From a virus (Duplodnaviria; Caudoviricetes), in IMG/VR virus record IMGVR_UViG_3300017963_000313, positions 1-55,807 of that record: a stretch of 55,807 nt of DNA; one strand, written 5' to 3'. A program made the position numbers and the translations under genes. The notes below the pieces were generated by a model. That model was not told where the DNA came from and made no database searches. It worked only from the letters and a program-made list of their open reading frames with translations. Within the stretch, counting starts at the first letter, position 1. Each line of letters opens with the position of its first letter. Below are positions 49,108-55,807 of the stretch, in pieces.

Positions 49108-49903
49108 CGGTTTCTGGACTTAAAAAAGGTCTGTCCACAGTATCATCGGCATATTGGTGCCACTCTGACAAGTCTTCCTTAGCCTTATCTTTTGCCATAC
49201 GCATTAACTCCGCTTCTTTACCTAGGCGCTCTCTAAGCCTCTCGTCTTCGAGCATTCTAAGTATTCCGGTAAAACTAGTATTACCGTCTTCTAATCGTTT
49301 GATTCGTTCATCTCTTGTTGCCTTCAGAGACTTATCCAAGAACTTACGCTCGTTAAGCAACGTAGTGTGTTCTTTAGTAAAAGCACTAATTGCCGTTCTA
49401 GAAAAAGCCACCTGAGTCTCTAGACTTATAATCATATCTTTATCCCGCACCTCTACAGACTTAGCATACTCTTCATCTAAAGACTTCTGAATCCGCTCTA
49501 GGTCTTCTTGGTGAACCCGCCGCTCTTTCATGGACCTATCCATAAGAATTTCAATAACAATAAGCTGTTTAATACTGAGTTCTTCAGAGTAGGTAACATC
49601 TTCACGAAACTGCATATAAAGATTTGACCACGTACTAATAAAATACGCTAGCTCATTCTTTGTAAGCTGGGCCTTTACTTCCGGCCAATATGGCTTAATG
49701 GTCAACTTCTTTTCCAAAATCGCCAATTCTTTTTCTTCTTCTTTATTATGTATATGAAGATTATTCTGTTGGATATACTTTTCTACAGGATTAATACTAC
49801 GATTGAGATTGTCCGCTATCTCCTGTACCGTCATTTCGTGTACATTACGCTGGATATAGTTTTTATCTTCGGTGCTTAATGCGCCTCTTTTACGTGTGCT
49901 CAA
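49091..49903 (-). CDS. HTH plus coiled-coil protein, candidate small terminase
   Basis: MTVQEIADNLNRS HTH followed by long helices; upstream of terL. Function is inferred from position only. Confidence 0.4.
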   Translation of the reverse strand: MSTRKRGALSTEDKNYIQRNVHEMTVQEIADNLNRSINPVEKYIQQNNLHIHNKEEEKELAILEKKLTIKPYWPEVKAQLTKNELAYFISTWSNLYMQFREDVTYSEELSIKQLIVIEILMDRSMKERRVHQEDLERIQKSLDEEYAKSVEVRDKDMIISLETQVAFSRTAISAFTKEHTTLLNERKFLDKSLKATRDERIKRLEDGNTSFTGILRMLEDERLRERLGKEAELMRMAKDKAKEDLSEWHQYADDTVDRPFLSPETVGDDE

Positions 49904-50529
49904 CTATAGTTCTCCAATATCTTGTCGATTGCCTCTTGTACTTTAATCCGCTTATTTTTAGGAACTTTGATACCATAGCGAATTTTTAACCAAGATTTAC
50001 GTATATCAGAATCCGTAAGCTCTCTATCTATGATATCCAGTATCTCTTTATCTGCTATCTTTTCTTCTGTGCAGGTATTATCCTTCATATTGTTTTCTTG
50101 CTCGTCGCGCACAGAATGTATTTCAATAGGATGCATTAAATTATGCTTAGCCTCATTACGATAGTACCAATTAGAATACCACTTGCATTCTAGCTTATCA
50201 CTATATAGTTCACAGGAATCGGTTTGTGAAGTATAGCATTTAAGGGGGCATGAGTGACACGGTAGATTGGGGCGGCGATAATTATCCCGCTTATAGTTAA
50301 ACAAGCGGTTTCGCACATGTGTCCACAGAAAGTTCTCTAACGGTCGTTCTTTACCGTTACTATCAATGGGCTCATATTTATTCAATCCCTCTAGAGCGAA
50401 TATATGGGCCTGCTGTTTAATATCCTCCGCTTCATGATACCCAAATCTAAACTTATGAGCAAGTCTATTGGCTACGTTATCCATTACATCCAAGACTTCT
50501 TGGGTGGTCATTCCATCGGGCACATTCAT
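49900..50529 (-). CDS. sigma-70-like factor with Cys-rich insert
   Basis: Region 2 pattern EDIKQQA...LNKY...FLWTHVRNRL, followed by CHSCPLKC...C...C. Confidence 0.7.
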   Translation of the reverse strand: MNVPDGMTTQEVLDVMDNVANRLAHKFRFGYHEAEDIKQQAHIFALEGLNKYEPIDSNGKERPLENFLWTHVRNRLFNYKRDNYRRPNLPCHSCPLKCYTSQTDSCELYSDKLECKWYSNWYYRNEAKHNLMHPIEIHSVRDEQENNMKDNTCTEEKIADKEILDIIDRELTDSDIRKSWLKIRYGIKVPKNKRIKVQEAIDKILENYS

Positions 50530-50681
50530 TCTTGTGTAGCTTCTTCCTCACTACGTTGTAGAAATGCTTTGGCCTTTTCACTATCTGGGTCTGGGATATT
50601 AAGTTCTTCTTCTATCTCGGCTTTCAAACTAGCAGTTGCCCTAGTTTTTAGCTCAGAATTGACAAAAGTTGACTTTTTCAT
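50526..50681 (-). CDS. 51-aa hypothetical protein (MKKSTF...)
   Basis: GGAG RBS; ATGA overlap with the sigma-like gene. Confidence 0.55.
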   Translation of the reverse strand: MKKSTFVNSELKTRATASLKAEIEEELNIPDPDSEKAKAFLQRSEEEATQE

Positions 50682-50700
50682 AAAATTCTCCAAAAAAATG

Positions 50701-50729
50701 TTGACGTTTGCCATAAAGTGGTCTATACT
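50701..50729 (+). promoter_or_regulatory. sigma70-type promoter
   Basis: TTGACG-N17-TATACT in the divergent intergenic region. Confidence 0.75.
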
Positions 50730-50739
50730 TATTATACAC
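50730..50739 (-). promoter_or_regulatory. putative late promoter GTGTATAATA (second copy GGTGTATAT at 50763-50771)
   Basis: At the head of the leftward structural block. Confidence 0.5.
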
Positions 50740-50799
50740 GAGGCAGAAAAGAAATTCACCCGATATACACCATTTTTTGAAAATATAGGAGAAAAAAAT

Positions 50800-51039
50800 A
50801 TGAATAACAAATGGACAGCATCAGAGAGGCAGTTTATCATTGATAACGCTGATACTATGAAGGATAGAGAAATCGCTGCCATTCTAAGTAAGGCTTCAGG
50901 CCGCGCTATTACTCTACAGGCTGTACGTAAACAGCGTCAAAAGCTTAATATTAGAAAGAAACCAGGACGGGCTGTATGTGGAGTTATTGAACAGGAGGAA
51001 TATACTAGCCACACCCTACCACAACCAAATCAGGAGTAG
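50800..51039 (+). CDS. small HTH DNA-binding protein
   Basis: KWTASERQFI...DREIAAIL...AVRKQRQKLNI; AGGAG RBS. Confidence 0.75.
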   Translation: MNNKWTASERQFIIDNADTMKDREIAAILSKASGRAITLQAVRKQRQKLNIRKKPGRAVCGVIEQEEYTSHTLPQPNQE

Positions 51040-51043
51040 TCTA

Positions 51044-51259
51044 ATGCTAGAAACAACACAATATGTTCTTCATCGTTTGCTTTTCTTGTTAGGAGTGCTA
51101 GCCATAGTATATCTAGCAACCAAGTTGACAAATCTACAACAACAGGTTGCAGACATAGAAAAACAACAAACTATGGCAGAATCAGATATAGGCGCATTAA
51201 AATCGCACATATTAACCAATATTGTGTTGAGAAGGATGGAAAAAAATGCTGCCCAATAA
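51044..51259 (+). CDS. small membrane-anchored coiled-coil protein
   Basis: LLFLLGVLAIVYLA hydrophobic helix; AGGAG RBS. Confidence 0.6.
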   Translation: MLETTQYVLHRLLFLLGVLAIVYLATKLTNLQQQVADIEKQQTMAESDIGALKSHILTNIVLRRMEKNAAQ

Positions 51260-51404
51260 TGAAAAAATAAGAACTACCAATATAGCATTACGCAAATTTT
51301 CTGGAGCGTCTATAGGTGCTCTTTTTGTAGCCACACATAAAGATTTAAGAAAACCAATACACAATTATTCCTGGCCACTAATTCATATGTTTACAAGGTG
51401 GTAA
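51246..51404 (+). CDS. 52-aa mini-gene
   Basis: Hand-translated MLPNNE...DLRKPIHNYSWPLIHMFTRW. Confidence 0.5.
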   Translation: MLPNNEKIRTTNIALRKFSGASIGALFVATHKDLRKPIHNYSWPLIHMFTRW

Positions 51405-51405
51405 A

Positions 51406-51582
51406 ATGAATAGCATTCCCCCTTTGAGACAATACTATATTTATAGAGATATGTATTTTAACAAGGTTGCTGCATGTATCATTCTTGAGGATACATATTC
51501 CAAATTAAGAAACATACTTTACAGTGTTTTAAATCGTCACATACACGTTATGATAAGTCATACATTAAGAGGATGGAGATAG
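51406..51582 (+). CDS. 58-aa mini-gene
   Basis: Hand-translated MNSIPPLRQYY...SHTLRGWR. Confidence 0.5.
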   Translation: MNSIPPLRQYYIYRDMYFNKVAACIILEDTYSKLRNILYSVLNRHIHVMISHTLRGWR

Positions 51583-51667
51583 TATGAAACTAGTTAGAGA
51601 AGAGTGGGTTGCTGTAACCCAAAGTGTATAATATATTAGTCTAAAACGAACACCACGGAAGATACTA

Positions 51668-51865
51668 GTGACCAATATATTAGAATTGGAATATCAGTTT
51701 AAAGAGCTAGACCGAATGTTCCAACGCTTGCTCAGACAGCGTAAAAACCCCACCCTTCTTAAGTTCTATGGTAGATGTATAGCCTCTCTTAGGAAAGAAT
51801 ACTATAGTCAAACAGGAAGGTATCTAAAACATGAACCCGTATTTACCCAGCACAAAATACTTTAG
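51668..51865 (+). CDS. hypothetical protein
   Basis: ORF track; GGAAG upstream of the GTG start. Confidence 0.5.
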   Translation: MTNILELEYQFKELDRMFQRLLRQRKNPTLLKFYGRCIASLRKEYYSQTGRYLKHEPVFTQHKIL

Positions 51866-51977
51866 TCCACACGTGGATTATTATGTGAAGGTACAATATC
51901 AAATTTTTACTGGAACTTATAGCAAAGTAACGGATATAACACATTCTCTAAAAGATATAAGATTCTTCATCGGATAA
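51831..51977 (+). CDS. 48-aa mini-gene
   Basis: Hand-translated MNPYLP...HSLKDIRFFIG. Confidence 0.4.
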   Translation: MNPYLPSTKYFSPHVDYYVKVQYQIFTGTYSKVTDITHSLKDIRFFIG

Positions 51978-51993
51978 GTATAGGATAAACACA

Positions 51994-52143
51994 ATGAAAA
52001 CTTATGGGAATGAAATACGAATAGAACCCCTGTATATGTACGAGCGCATACACATTAATCTTTTTGATTCTATAGAAGCAATATTTGTGAGAAGTGTAGC
52101 AGAAGCATTTTGGCCTATTTATGCAGGAATGAGGAATTTATGA
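51994..52143 (+). CDS. 49-aa mini-gene
   Basis: Hand-translated MKTYGN...AFWPIYAGMRNL; AGGA RBS. Confidence 0.5.
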   Translation: MKTYGNEIRIEPLYMYERIHINLFDSIEAIFVRSVAEAFWPIYAGMRNL

Positions 52144-52325
52144 TGGAGAGAGTAGAATATCATTTGCCATCATACGATTCTATTTGCGTAGACGAGTACA
52201 TAGTAGATACTGAATCAAAAATGATATTAACAGAACGTTTGTGGCTTAATATACAAAATATCTTTGAGCCTATTCATCAATACACATGGCTAGTATGCCG
52301 GAAAGGATATGAAAATGAACGCTAA
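52140..52325 (+). CDS. 61-aa mini-gene
   Basis: ATGA overlap; contains IFEPIHQYTW. Confidence 0.5.
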   Translation: MMERVEYHLPSYDSICVDEYIVDTESKMILTERLWLNIQNIFEPIHQYTWLVCRKGYENER

Positions 52326-52563
52326 AGAAGAAGCTAAATATTGGAAACAACAATACTATGAATTGAGAGAGCAGCGTGGAGGTGGAAGTATCTGTGTAGA
52401 GACTGCTGATGTTCCACATATTGAGGATGGTGATGAGGTAGAACAAGTAGCCGCCTCTTTGAGACGGGCCTTTTGGGGCGAGTGTAAACCATGGGAAAAC
52501 TGCTGTCAGCAACCGGCATGGAGACAAGTGGCTAGATGGGCTATAAATTGGAAAGGAAAATAA
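52309..52563 (+). CDS. hypothetical protein
   Basis: ORF track; packed in the operon. Confidence 0.55.
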   Translation: MKMNAKEEAKYWKQQYYELREQRGGGSICVETADVPHIEDGDEVEQVAASLRRAFWGECKPWENCCQQPAWRQVARWAINWKGK

Positions 52564-52581
52564 TAAGGAAAGAGAGGGTGA

Positions 52582-52833
52582 GTGATGACGCACGATGATT
52601 ACAGAATCGGTAAAGTCGTTGAACTGATGCGACAAGTTAGGGAGCCGCAGCGTCACAACGAAGTTGGCATTGCTAGGGCAATCATTGACGCTCTGGAAGA
52701 ACAGTCGCCGCTGGTGGTGTCGATGGGGCAGGTGGACAAGATGCGGCAAGACATGTGCAACGTGCCGACTCGTGGCACGATGGTTTCCGCACTTACCGCC
52801 GCAGGTTTCCAAGTAGAAAGCGAGGGTGAGTAG
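52582..52833 (+). CDS. hypothetical protein (GC-rich island)
   Basis: ORF track; flanked by a 16-bp imperfect direct repeat. Confidence 0.6.
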   Translation: MMTHDDYRIGKVVELMRQVREPQRHNEVGIARAIIDALEEQSPLVVSMGQVDKMRQDMCNVPTRGTMVSALTAAGFQVESEGE

Positions 52834-53061
52834 ATGGTGTCTAAGAAGAAGATGCGGCGGAAGGTGTGCAAGGTTGCCACGTTCACTGGGAATGGAATGG
52901 CTGGCACCCTGACCACCCGAATAGACAAAGGGAAGGACATCGACAATGCCATGAGCGCGATTCGTCAAGTGCTAAAGGATGCCCGCATTGGCGACCAGAT
53001 AAACGTCGATATCGGGTGCATGGCAAAAGACGAATACGACCGCCTTCCCGAAATGTCATAG
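52834..53061 (+). CDS. hypothetical protein (GC-rich island)
   Basis: ORF track; abuts the upstream stop codon. Confidence 0.55.
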   Translation: MVSKKKMRRKVCKVATFTGNGMAGTLTTRIDKGKDIDNAMSAIRQVLKDARIGDQINVDIGCMAKDEYDRLPEMS

Positions 53062-53071
53062 AAGAGGAATA

Positions 53072-53221
53072 ATGTATATCCTGTGGTTTATATTTTGCTT
53101 CCTGTGCCTGTTTGTTACACCCATACTATGTGTAGCAATGGAAATATACGCACTTTACAAGAGTGACAAGGAAATGGTTGAGAGAGCAGAGAGACGAGCA
53201 GAACTTGAGAAAAAACTATAG
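53072..53221 (+). CDS. 49-aa membrane protein
   Basis: Hand-translated MYILWFIFCFLCLFVTPILCVAM...; GAGG RBS. Confidence 0.55.
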   Translation: MYILWFIFCFLCLFVTPILCVAMEIYALYKSDKEMVERAERRAELEKKL

Positions 53222-53290
53222 AAGATAAGGAGAATCAAAATTAGTATTCTATTCTATCTTGGTCTTTTAGGTGTCACCCTATTTGTTGCA

Positions 53291-53758
53291 ATGGTGACTT
53301 CTATTGTTATAGAACTAATCTCACCGAAATATGAGTCTGTATTTACAGGAGCAAAACTCTGCATTACTGATATACTAATATTTATGTGGTCGGGGGCCGT
53401 ATTTTTCTTTATGGCATTTCAGGTTCCTAAAGATACAGCGGGGGTCATATGTTTTTTTGGGCTTATCAATTTGTATATGTGGATAGGATTTATTCTAGTA
53501 CAACACTTTAGTAAAGAAGACGAAAAATGGGGAATAGGTGAAAATGATGGTCATGCAGGGGTTTGGCCTTTCATGCTAATACATATACTTATAATACGTA
53601 TTCAAAGAGTATATTACAAGTGTCGAGGTAAAAAACTATTCTTTGGCAGGTGTTGGAAATGTTTACAATTTAATAAAGTACTTTTAGACCTAGAAACACA
53701 AGACAGGGCTCAATGTGCTTGTTGTGGTTGCAGAATACAAGGCCCCCACTATGAATAG
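53291..53758 (+). CDS. multi-pass membrane protein with C-terminal Zn ribbon (start may lie further upstream)
   Basis: Hydrophobic helices; CWKC...CACCG. Confidence 0.55.
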   Translation: MVTSIVIELISPKYESVFTGAKLCITDILIFMWSGAVFFFMAFQVPKDTAGVICFFGLINLYMWIGFILVQHFSKEDEKWGIGENDGHAGVWPFMLIHILIIRIQRVYYKCRGKKLFFGRCWKCLQFNKVLLDLETQDRAQCACCGCRIQGPHYE

Positions 53759-53951
53759 TCAAGAACAAAAATTTTTTCACCATAAGATGGACGAAGGCTA
53801 TAGATTATGGGATACTGGTATTGCAAAAATTCAACATACCTTCCCAAGAAAGTACAATCTAGATAAACATCCAGGCTATATAGGGTGGCCCGCTGTATCT
53901 AGATGTATAGTTCATATAGACAACATGGTATTTCATGAGTCTTTAAGATAG
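53751..53951 (+). CDS. 66-aa mini-gene (MNSQEQ...)
   Basis: Overlaps the upstream stop codon. Confidence 0.5.
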   Translation: MNSQEQKFFHHKMDEGYRLWDTGIAKIQHTFPRKYNLDKHPGYIGWPAVSRCIVHIDNMVFHESLR

Positions 53952-53989
53952 GTATTTAAAAGCCCCTTTGGGCATGAAGGAAACCCATA

Positions 53990-54256
53990 ATGTGGATAAT
54001 GTGGATATTAGGATTTATAACGGGCTCTGTTCTCACAGCCTGTGCATATAAACTTTATGAAGACTACAAACCGAAACCCACCCGCCCTTTTACACGTACT
54101 ATAAAAGGCAAGGCTAAAGAAGCTATTAAACCGGGAACCCCGGTTGTTATGGATGAAGACGGTTGTTATCGTCCCGCTAAAGAAAACGAAAACTATAGAT
54201 GGGTTGCAGTTACCAGTGAATCCGGCCCCACCTCATATGTGGATATGATAGTATGA
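53990..54256 (+). CDS. small N-anchored membrane protein
   Basis: MWIMWILGFITGSVLTACAY hydrophobic start; AAGGA RBS. Confidence 0.6.
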   Translation: MWIMWILGFITGSVLTACAYKLYEDYKPKPTRPFTRTIKGKAKEAIKPGTPVVMDEDGCYRPAKENENYRWVAVTSESGPTSYVDMIV

Positions 54257-54423
54257 ATACAGAATGTTATGCCCTACAGATACCATTACCGACCTCAATG
54301 GAACACCCACAAGTAAATAAAGAAATTATAGATGTTTTCTTGTATGGACATTTAAGAGAGCCTCTATATTGGAGTTTTGATTATGCTGATACTATTTTGG
54401 ATTACGCTATAAAAAGGAGATAA
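54253..54423 (+). CDS. 56-aa mini-gene
   Basis: Hand-translated MNTECY...HLREPLYWSF...; ATGA overlap. Confidence 0.5.
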   Translation: MNTECYALQIPLPTSMEHPQVNKEIIDVFLYGHLREPLYWSFDYADTILDYAIKRR

Positions 54424-54426
54424 ATA

Positions 54427-54738
54427 ATGTTTACTGATTCTGTTCTATTTCTTATAGGTGCGTTCGTTTTTGTTGCAATGTTTGTTGTTGTTGCTAGATA
54501 CGTATATATTAAAGATGGCGAACGAGAAATGTCCGAAGAAATTTCCGAAGAAATGTATTCTACATTAAATGAATGGATATTGTTACAACCCAGTATTGTA
54601 GACGACAGACCAATAACCATACCAGTAACTTATTATGATTACGATAAAATACAAGAAAGGTATGAGAATAAGATAAAAAACAATAGGAGGGTTAACTTGC
54701 TAAATACTATTAAAGAAGCTAGAGAGAAAAACGCATGA
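54427..54738 (+). CDS. N-anchored membrane protein
   Basis: VLFLIGAFVFVAMFVVV hydrophobic helix; AAGGAG RBS. Confidence 0.65.
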   Translation: MFTDSVLFLIGAFVFVAMFVVVARYVYIKDGEREMSEEISEEMYSTLNEWILLQPSIVDDRPITIPVTYYDYDKIQERYENKIKNNRRVNLLNTIKEAREKNA

Positions 54739-54938
54739 ATACTTGTAGAATACCAATTATTGCACAATGCTCACTCACTAGAAAAGAACTAGTGCATGAT
54801 GGAGAATTGTGTCTCCCAATAGGTACTCTACTATATACTTCTAGTCAAAATCCCCTAATAATACATATGGGTCTATCCAGTGACCTAGTAGTTATATCTC
54901 AAATTTGGCCCATTATAACAACATCATTAAGCTCATGA
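54735..54938 (+). CDS. 67-aa mini-gene (MNTCRI...)
   Basis: ATGA overlaps at both ends. Confidence 0.5.
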   Translation: MNTCRIPIIAQCSLTRKELVHDGELCLPIGTLLYTSSQNPLIIHMGLSSDLVVISQIWPIITTSLSS

Positions 54939-55108
54939 ATACAATATGGCGTAAATCCAGAGGTGCTTTGAGACCACAATATTTTAATGAAGTAATCTAT
55001 TATCTATTACCTTGGGAAATTCAAATGCAATTTTCCAAGTGCTGTTTACGACAACATATGATGAACATTAACAGAACAAAAAACACAATTAAGGAGACAT
55101 TTGAATGA
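54935..55108 (+). CDS. 57-aa mini-gene (MNTIWR...)
   Basis: ATGA overlaps at both ends. Confidence 0.5.
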   Translation: MNTIWRKSRGALRPQYFNEVIYYLLPWEIQMQFSKCCLRQHMMNINRTKNTIKETFE

Positions 55109-55506
55109 GTGCCAACCGCATCATAGTAGACGTAGATGGCGTCATAGCCGCTAAAACCACCGATGGTGACTATGCCAACGCCGCCCCCCTTCCTTACGGG
55201 ATTGCCCAAATTAACGCACTCTACGACCGGGGATTTGAAATTTATCTTTTTACTGCCAGATACGGCGACAGGGAAAACGGCAACTTAACCAAAATGTACC
55301 AGCGGGGTTACGTCGAATTGGTCGATTGGCTCGCAAAAAATAATGTAAAATATCATGTCGTGCAGCTTGGCAAACCCGCAGGAGCGCTCTATATTGATGA
55401 TAAGGCGGCACGAGTCGAGTCGGACACGCCGGGGGGATGGGACCAAGTTTGGGAGGAAGTTGAGCAGTTACACAAGAAAGATAAGTATGGGAATGTTATT
55501 AAATGA
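55105..55506 (+). CDS. capless HAD phosphatase, EcbF/BcbF capsule-biosynthesis-like
   Basis: DVDGVI, FTAR, GKP and YIDDKA motifs. Confidence 0.85.
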   Translation: MSANRIIVDVDGVIAAKTTDGDYANAAPLPYGIAQINALYDRGFEIYLFTARYGDRENGNLTKMYQRGYVELVDWLAKNNVKYHVVQLGKPAGALYIDDKAARVESDTPGGWDQVWEEVEQLHKKDKYGNVIK

Positions 55507-55676
55507 AAACAGTATATTCAGGAATGTGTTGTGATACCTATTATAGAACGCCCGCATGGCAAAGCCTATGGACACCTATGAGAGAGTCTAGTGAAAGTAT
55601 ATGGAATCAAAGTCTCCAGCACTATTTCAATATAATGCCCATAATTGGCATGTTAATAGAAACTGCTAGAATATGA
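55503..55676 (+). CDS. 57-aa mini-gene, paralog of the next ORF
   Basis: MKTVYSGMCC...WQSLWTPMRESSESIW. Confidence 0.6.
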   Translation: MKTVYSGMCCDTYYRTPAWQSLWTPMRESSESIWNQSLQHYFNIMPIIGMLIETARI

Positions 55677-55807
55677 ATATAACCACACTTAAACGAGACT
55701 GCTGCAATCTCCTTACAAGCCAACAGTGGACATTATTCTGGTGGGCAGTAAGAGATTCAAGTGAAAAAACCTGGTCTGAATCATCCTTATATTTTGGAAT
55801 TTTCCAC
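55673..55807 (+). CDS. mini-gene, 3'-truncated by the window edge
   Basis: MNITTLKRDCC...WTLFWWAVRDSSEKTW. Confidence 0.6.
   Translation, partial: MNITTLKRDCCNLLTSQQWTLFWWAVRDSSEKTWSESSLYFGIFH

Noticed and set aside
50404-50882. Long overlapping ORFs 50404-51039 (+) and 50526-50882 (-)
   Set aside because: The extensions cross the promoter region; RBS-supported starts are at 50800 and 50681.
52270-52968. 232-aa minus-strand ORF
   Set aside because: Antisense shadow over the GC-rich island, where stop codons are scarce. The plus-strand ORFs fit the operon.
1-55807. Stop-codon reassignment
   Set aside because: Long core genes are intact under the standard code and TAA, TAG and TGA all end genes. 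Right-arm short ORFs have their own RBS or overlaps and change frame.

Overview
Fragment of a large, AT-rich tailed dsDNA phage genome. It is siphovirus-like: a tail tube and a 1926-aa tape measure are present and no sheath gene is evident. Left (1-9847, +): the end of a sigma-like gene, an operon of about nine glycosyltransferase/nucleotidyltransferase-type genes, a NUMOD3/Vsr-type endonuclease and a putative ssDNA-annealing protein. Centre (9907-50681, -): a near-complete morphogenesis block with a sigma-like gene, GDP-mannose dehydratase, HNH and ERCC4 nucleases, an intein-split large terminase, portal, protease/scaffold, decoration, major capsid, neck, a sulfotransferase, fibre, four LamG proteins, tail tube, chaperones, tape measure and distal tail. 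Right (50800-55807, +): a sigma70-type promoter followed by many tiny ORFs and membrane proteins. Best leads: (1) a possible sulfated-glycan virion modification system; (2) a ~70-aa module encoded alone and fused to two LamG domains; (3) a GGTGTA late-promoter motif paired with a Cys-insert sigma factor; (4) repeated FNxGG modules in the tape measure; (5) a structured GGA-rich RNA element after the tail tube gene; (6) a diverged mini-gene family. All calls come from motif recognition and synteny; no database searches were run. No tRNA, rRNA, CRISPR array, integrase or lysis gene was recognised.
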